Below, piece after piece: positions 59,017-64,000 of a stretch of 64,000 bases of DNA. The translations under genes and the position numbers were made by a program. The notes beneath the pieces were generated by a model. The model was given only the letters and a program-made list of their open reading frames with translations. It was not told where the DNA came from and did no database searches. The DNA comes from Candidatus Magasanikiibacteriota bacterium (GTDB lineage: Bacteria > Patescibacteriota > Patescibacteriia > Magasanikbacterales > GWA2-37-8), in the NCBI GenBank assembly GCA_030650025.1, contig JAUSEN010000025.1, positions 601 to 64,600 of the forward strand. The letters run 5' to 3'. Each line of letters begins with the position of its first letter. The first letter of the stretch is position 1.

Positions 59017-61026
59017 ATGACACAATTTATGAGACACGAATATCCGGAGGAACAAGAGGCCATGCGGGCGACATTGGAGATGAAAATGAAGTCGTTGCTC
59101 AAATCCGGCGTTCCCACTAAAGAGATCGCTACTATTTTGGGCGCGGAAGAATTTTTACATATTACAAAATCTCGCAGTCAAAGACATAGCGATGTAACAG
59201 TTTTTGATTTTAAAGCTTTTATTGCAGCAGAAATAAAAAAAGCTAAGCCAATAAAATTGCCTGATGCTATAGAATTAAGACCCGAGGTTTTTTTACCTCC
59301 GGGAGCAGGCGAACTTCGAACCAGCGGTGAAGGAGGAGGCATCGAAGAGAAGGCAACTATTCATCGAACTAGATTTTTGATTGACCTCCTTACCTCATTG
59401 AATCTTGAGTATACTATTGTTCAGGGGACCAATACGGAGACTATGATGCGCGGCCAGAGCTACGCTGTTTTTATTGTTTCCACTAGAAAAAAAGCAGTTT
59501 TTGTAAATAACGAGGAAGGAAATGCTACTTTCATCTTGCACAATAACAACCCAGCTACCAATGAGTGGGAGCCGTATTCCCAATTGACCAAAGATCAACT
59601 CCAGGAGGAAGAGCATACTGGCCGTGTGTCTCGCCACGTTTGGCCGGGTAACCAAACGGCTTGGCAAAGTCAGATTGCGGATGCTTTAAACCTAGACTAT
59701 AAGCCCGTCGCACGGAATCCTCGCGATCAAACTGCTTCGCCAGTTAAGGAACAGGAAATTGATCTAGAACCTAAACAATCGCCTCCCGATGGGTGGGTGC
59801 CATTTTATAAGCTTGCGGCTGGGGCTGAAAAATCAAGGTTGTGGGTTGAAAAACGTTTGCCAGCACTTATAGCATCTCACCCCGAATGGTCAGGTAAGAA
59901 TTTTGAAGGTTTTAGTGGGGTATTTTACCCACCAGAATTGCTTGCTGAGTTAAGAAAAATGGCGACGGAGCTAGAAAAAGCACCAGAAGGTTGGTTGAGC
60001 GAGAAAGATGCAATTATTGCTATTAAAAGTAATAACTTGTTGCTACGGGCAACAGCTGCCCAGCTAGCAGAGAATCATCCAGAGTGGGCACCAAAACAAT
60101 TCGTGGGTAAATCCGGAATGCGCGGTACATTCTATCCGCCTGAATTGGTTGATGAGATAAAAAGGATAAAACAAGAAAAAAAAGAAGTTCCTCATGGGTG
60201 GCGTACGGCAAAGGACTTATCGCGATTTGTAACAAAAAATGTAGAATGGGTTGATGTTCGGATAAATAAAATTTTAGCTGACCATCCAGGTTGGATTGGA
60301 CGCGAATATCTGGATAGCCGTGGAAAGATGCGAATTTTTTATCCAGCAGAACTTGGTGCTGAGTTAAAGCAAATGGCGGAGGCTGTTGGTAAACCACCAG
60401 CAGGTTGGCTAAATATTGTGGGTATTGCAGAGAGTGTTCAAAAATCACCAAGATGGGTCGAGGAGCGTATTCCTAAATTAATAGAGCAGAATCCAGATTG
60501 GATTGGTAAGGAATATATTGGTAGAAATGGAAAAGTTGTAATGTCCTATCCTGGTGAACTTGTTGTTGAGCTTGACGCCTTAGCTAAAACAAAACAGAAA
60601 TCCCCTGAAGGGTGGATGACAACATCTGGTATAGCAACTTTTACCGGTCAAACATTTGATCGTGTAGAAAAACAAGTTGCACAACTGGCGGCTGTGCGTC
60701 CCGATTGGGTTAGCAGTGATTATCTCGACAAGGGTGGCCATGCTGGATTAGATCATTATTCTCCACAGTTGGTGAGCGAGATCCTGAAAATGAAAGAAGC
60801 TGTCGTCATAGCGCCAACTGGTTGGCTGAGTGAAGCAGGCATAGCAAAAGCTATTAATAAAGATGCTAGTTGGGTCAAGGCGAGAATCCCGGCAATTTTA
60901 AGCGAACATCCAGATTGGGCAAACGATAAATTTCAGGATAGAAGTGGTTTGCCAGGAATTAGGCAATATTCACCTAAACTTGTAGAACTATTGAGAAGTC
61001 TTACTCGGGAAAACCCATCTAAATGA
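59017..61026 (+). CDS. Hypothetical protein with six ~69-aa tandem repeats
   Basis: P.GW...IA....K...WV..RI..L...HP.W...G...Y.P.LV repeated six times. Confidence 0.8.
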   Translation: MTQFMRHEYPEEQEAMRATLEMKMKSLLKSGVPTKEIATILGAEEFLHITKSRSQRHSDVTVFDFKAFIAAEIKKAKPIKLPDAIELRPEVFLPPGAGELRTSGEGGGIEEKATIHRTRFLIDLLTSLNLEYTIVQGTNTETMMRGQSYAVFIVSTRKKAVFVNNEEGNATFILHNNNPATNEWEPYSQLTKDQLQEEEHTGRVSRHVWPGNQTAWQSQIADALNLDYKPVARNPRDQTASPVKEQEIDLEPKQSPPDGWVPFYKLAAGAEKSRLWVEKRLPALIASHPEWSGKNFEGFSGVFYPPELLAELRKMATELEKAPEGWLSEKDAIIAIKSNNLLLRATAAQLAENHPEWAPKQFVGKSGMRGTFYPPELVDEIKRIKQEKKEVPHGWRTAKDLSRFVTKNVEWVDVRINKILADHPGWIGREYLDSRGKMRIFYPAELGAELKQMAEAVGKPPAGWLNIVGIAESVQKSPRWVEERIPKLIEQNPDWIGKEYIGRNGKVVMSYPGELVVELDALAKTKQKSPEGWMTTSGIATFTGQTFDRVEKQVAQLAAVRPDWVSSDYLDKGGHAGLDHYSPQLVSEILKMKEAVVIAPTGWLSEAGIAKAINKDASWVKARIPAILSEHPDWANDKFQDRSGLPGIRQYSPKLVELLRSLTRENPSK

Positions 61027-61120
61027 GGCGTTGGTAAATCGCCCCTTTTGTGTCTCATTTGTCTTATTCTCATTTATAGATCTGCCTTGACTTTGCTTCT
61101 ATTTTTGCTATAATAACCCA

Positions 61121-61274
61121 AGATAATTACCGTAGACGCCTCAAATAGACCCCGACCGAGAGGGGTTGGTCAGGCCCGCGTGAGACAGCCAAATAAGACC
61201 TCAACGGTCTGATCCCTAGAGGTTATAGACCGAGTTGTTCTACAAAAAAATCCGCTTATTATAGCGGATTTTTT
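61121..61274 (+). ncRNA. Candidate free-standing structured ncRNA
   Basis: TTGACT-16-TATAAT with extended -10 TG (61087-61114), multi-stem body, terminator 61244-61274, no ORF. Confidence 0.5.
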
Positions 61275-61493
61275 GTATCAAAATTGTTATGACCACTGGG
61301 GAAATCGAACCTAAACTAATTTGCTGAAAAAGCGTTATGATGTTATAATTTTTTTACAGTTAAAATTAGTCGCATTAAATATTAAATATTATGACAACTG
61401 AAACAGAGAATGGTGAAATTTGTTTAATCCACCGTCAATGGAGTGGCCTACCACGATAACACTTTCCGAAAACCGGAAACTCTTGTCTACAAT

Positions 61494-62342
61494 ATGGATA
61501 ACGAACGCGTTCGTCCCAAAGATATTTTTAGGGCTCAATATAGCACTACCGGCCCAATGGCTGATTTTTTTGCCGAGTTTGAACAGCTAAAAAAAGATTA
61601 CGACGGCATTAAGATTCCGGAACGCCTTCCTATAGCAGTCACAAAACAATCTGACTGCCAAGAATTATTCGACATCTCGCTTAATGCTTGGGTAGAAAAT
61701 TTTGACCGAGTCAAAATAAGTGGGGCTATAGACCGATTACGTGATCCAGAAATTTCGGAGAAAGAACGCCGCTCCATAATGAAATATTTTATGGAAGTCA
61801 GACGGATCGGGATTATTATACGTAATTCCTGGGCGGATTTTAACACTGATCACGGTGATGCTCCTAAAGTTCACCGCAAATTTATGAGCGCTATCGGCCG
61901 CGTACGCGACGGCATTAGGTTTACTCAAGAACCAGCCGTAATTTCGGCTGCCTTGTCTGAACTGCAAGCCACTCTGCGTGAATATCCCGATCCACGCCAA
62001 ATTTTTAAACTTAAACCCGCCACCCCAGCTTCATTTAGCCGCGCTTTCAGCGCGCGGGTAAAAATTTTAGAAAATTTGTTATCTAACAAAACCACGGCCA
62101 AAGAATTACATCAAGTCAGAATAAAGGGAATGCGGCCAATTTTCTCATTATATTTGCTTTTGTCCCTAAGAAGTCGTGACCAGGCGGCTATAGACACCTA
62201 CCTTGCCATTCGATACATTGACAAAGATTTGGGAAAGAAGAATGATCGCGTTGTTAAAGAAGAGATAAACGAAAACGACCAGCAACAGGCTAGCGATGAG
62301 TCCAAACAGATAGCGCGGGAATTGGTTGCTAAATTATACTAA
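61494..62342 (+). CDS. CHAD-like domain protein
   Basis: IGRVRD, LHQVRIKGMR, DLGKKND resemble CHAD motifs; start trimmed to MDNER. Confidence 0.5.
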   Translation: MDNERVRPKDIFRAQYSTTGPMADFFAEFEQLKKDYDGIKIPERLPIAVTKQSDCQELFDISLNAWVENFDRVKISGAIDRLRDPEISEKERRSIMKYFMEVRRIGIIIRNSWADFNTDHGDAPKVHRKFMSAIGRVRDGIRFTQEPAVISAALSELQATLREYPDPRQIFKLKPATPASFSRAFSARVKILENLLSNKTTAKELHQVRIKGMRPIFSLYLLLSLRSRDQAAIDTYLAIRYIDKDLGKKNDRVVKEEINENDQQQASDESKQIARELVAKLY

Positions 62343-62423
62343 AGCAATACTAAAGCAACTTCTTGCACAGCTTTCCTAAACATGTTAGGGTAAGTTAAAG
62401 CATTATTATTCTAATTAAAATGT

Positions 62424-64000
62424 ATGATTTTAGCTAAAAAATCGCTTTGGTATAGCATATTAACTTACCTAGTATTAAACACTTTTTTAGTAGGCATCCC
62501 AAGCGCCAACGCCACTATCGAAACCGTCTACATGTCCGCTGATTCTGTGTTGAGCCTGAACGAACCGAACAAGCACTTGGCCTGCAGTATGTACGGAGAC
62601 ATTGGCTCGTGGAACGCGTATGGTGGGCATGCTTACCGCTATATTGCTAAAGCTGATTTGAGTAACATCACTGCTAATCCGGCGCAAATAATTAAAGCGA
62701 GCTTTAATATCGACCGCGTCAGCAACAGCTGGGACGATAATGATAACTATGTCCTGCAACGCGTAACAGCGTCTTGGTCAAATACTGTTAACTGGGGAAA
62801 CCAGCCAAGCAGAGACCCGGGCACGATTGCGCCGACCGGCCCAATCTATGGCATATTTAGATTTGATATTACGCAAGTGGTGAAGAACTGGCTAAGCGAC
62901 CCGAGCAGTAACAACGGCGTAATTATTAAGAAGGTGAGTGAGGATTTAACTTTAGAAAGCAATAAAGGTTCGTTTGCCTGCGCCAGCTATAGCCCGAGTG
63001 GAGGCGAAAGCCGGCCAACTATTACCATAGAATCGTGTACTGAAGACGAATGGACTTGTGGCAGTTGGGGAACTTGCAGTCAAGCCGGCGCCCAAACCAG
63101 AAGCTGTAATAAAAGCGTGGACTGCCCAAATATTGATACTCCGACTAGCCCCGAAACCTCACAATCCTGCACACCACCCACTGCCCCAACTGCGCCGACT
63201 TCGCCCACTTCTCCGTCTACCCCGCCCCCAAGCACTTGCAACAGCGACACCTGGAATTGTAGCGACTGGAGCGTATGCTCGGCTTCTGGCCAGCAAACCC
63301 GCTCATGTAATTTAACGTATGATTGTTCCACGGCGCTGACACCTTCTCCAACTATGGCTCAGGGTTGTACGCCAAGTACTAACAACACGCCGAGTAGCCC
63401 GAGCATTCAGCCAACAACACCAAGTTGCGCGTCTGACACCTGGAACTGTAGCGACTGGAGCGTATGCTCGGCCTCTGGCCAGCAAACGCGCTCTTGTAAT
63501 TTAACGTATGACTGCGCGACCGCTTTGACCCCGGTTCCAGCGATTGCCCAAGGCTGCACGCCACCGAGCTCTGCTCCGGCCACGCCAACATCACCGACTG
63601 CGCCAACGTCCCCGACAGCTCCGATCGATAACACCTGCACGGCCGACACCTGGGCCTGTGGCGACTGGGATTACTGCTCGCTCTCGGGCGTGCAAGGGCG
63701 CACGTGCACTCGCACCTATAACTGCCCGAATGCCGAGACTCCCCCGCCAGCCACTTACCAATATTGCCAGGCGCCAGTACAACCGAAACCGGTTGACCCG
63801 AGTAGCCCAGACGCGGCCGCTAACCAAGACACGATTATTAAAGCCACGGTAAAATTGGTTTGCCCGGTGAGTGACACTATGGCCAGCCAAGGGAGCGGCA
63901 CGATAATAGACCAGAATGGCACAATCCTAACGAACAAACACGTCATTAACCAAACTGCTGGCTGTTTTGTGGGGTTTATCGATAAATATAGCGACGAACC
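62424..64000 (+). CDS. Exported multidomain protein: DNRLRE/CBM96-like domain, four TSP1-like Cys/Trp repeats, start of trypsin-like protease (runs off window end; absent from ORF track)
   Basis: MILAKKSLW signal; VNWGNQP, FDITQVVKNWL; WxCxxWxxCS..G.Q.R.C repeats; GSGTIIDQNGTILTNKHVI. Confidence 0.8.
   Translation, partial: MILAKKSLWYSILTYLVLNTFLVGIPSANATIETVYMSADSVLSLNEPNKHLACSMYGDIGSWNAYGGHAYRYIAKADLSNITANPAQIIKASFNIDRVSNSWDDNDNYVLQRVTASWSNTVNWGNQPSRDPGTIAPTGPIYGIFRFDITQVVKNWLSDPSSNNGVIIKKVSEDLTLESNKGSFACASYSPSGGESRPTITIESCTEDEWTCGSWGTCSQAGAQTRSCNKSVDCPNIDTPTSPETSQSCTPPTAPTAPTSPTSPSTPPPSTCNSDTWNCSDWSVCSASGQQTRSCNLTYDCSTALTPSPTMAQGCTPSTNNTPSSPSIQPTTPSCASDTWNCSDWSVCSASGQQTRSCNLTYDCATALTPVPAIAQGCTPPSSAPATPTSPTAPTSPTAPIDNTCTADTWACGDWDYCSLSGVQGRTCTRTYNCPNAETPPPATYQYCQAPVQPKPVDPSSPDAAANQDTIIKATVKLVCPVSDTMASQGSGTIIDQNGTILTNKHVINQTAGCFVGFIDKYSDE

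Larger units (their letters stand above)
58639..61462. mobile_element. Degenerate genomic island at tRNA-Glu bounded by direct repeats
   Basis: CTACCACGATAACAC at 58639-58653 (overlapping tRNA 3' end) and 61448-61462; no integrase seen. Confidence 0.6.

Noticed and set aside
61291..61312. tRNA T-arm-like fragment on the minus strand
   Set aside because: Only GGTTCGATT resembles a T loop; no cloverleaf.
63060..63770. CRISPR-like or non-coding repeats
   Set aside because: Repeats are protein modules in one open frame; no CRISPR array or cas gene is seen in the window.

Overview
64-kb chromosomal segment of a small-genome bacterium, most likely Patescibacteria/CPR (Parcubacteria/ABY1-like; inferred from gene content, TGA used as stop, few Shine-Dalgarno motifs). 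1-22 kb holds a minus-strand T4SS/conjugation-like cluster (comF, VirB8-like, VirB4, PrgI, VirB6-like, a 2745-aa Cys-rich surface protein). The rest is mostly housekeeping (ksgA, tsaC, prfB, groEL/ES, yidC, nusA, comEC, leuS, mutM, trxA, infB, truB, rny, HU, tRNA-Glu) with two RelE-type TA pairs and a small tRNA-anchored island remnant. Two candidate systems stand out. (1) At 29.68-29.98 kb, two small RNA genes each have their own promoter and terminator: an aberrant 8/4 tRNA-like RNA with alanine identity (G3.U70, A73) but a non-Ala 8-nt anticodon loop, and an upstream ~70-nt RNA complementary to its D and anticodon arms, a candidate RNA-only toxin/antitoxin or tRNA regulator. (2) A family of ~36-bp C-tail+hairpin units is inserted in frame in six genes; in tsaC the inverted units bracket a complete DUF559 endonuclease domain, suggesting an autonomous/non-autonomous mobile element living inside proteins. 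Other palindrome families also sit in coding sequence, some nested in each other, and LeuRS has an inserted serine-hydrolase domain plus a D-to-N change at the editing aspartate. All family calls come from reading motifs; no searches were run.
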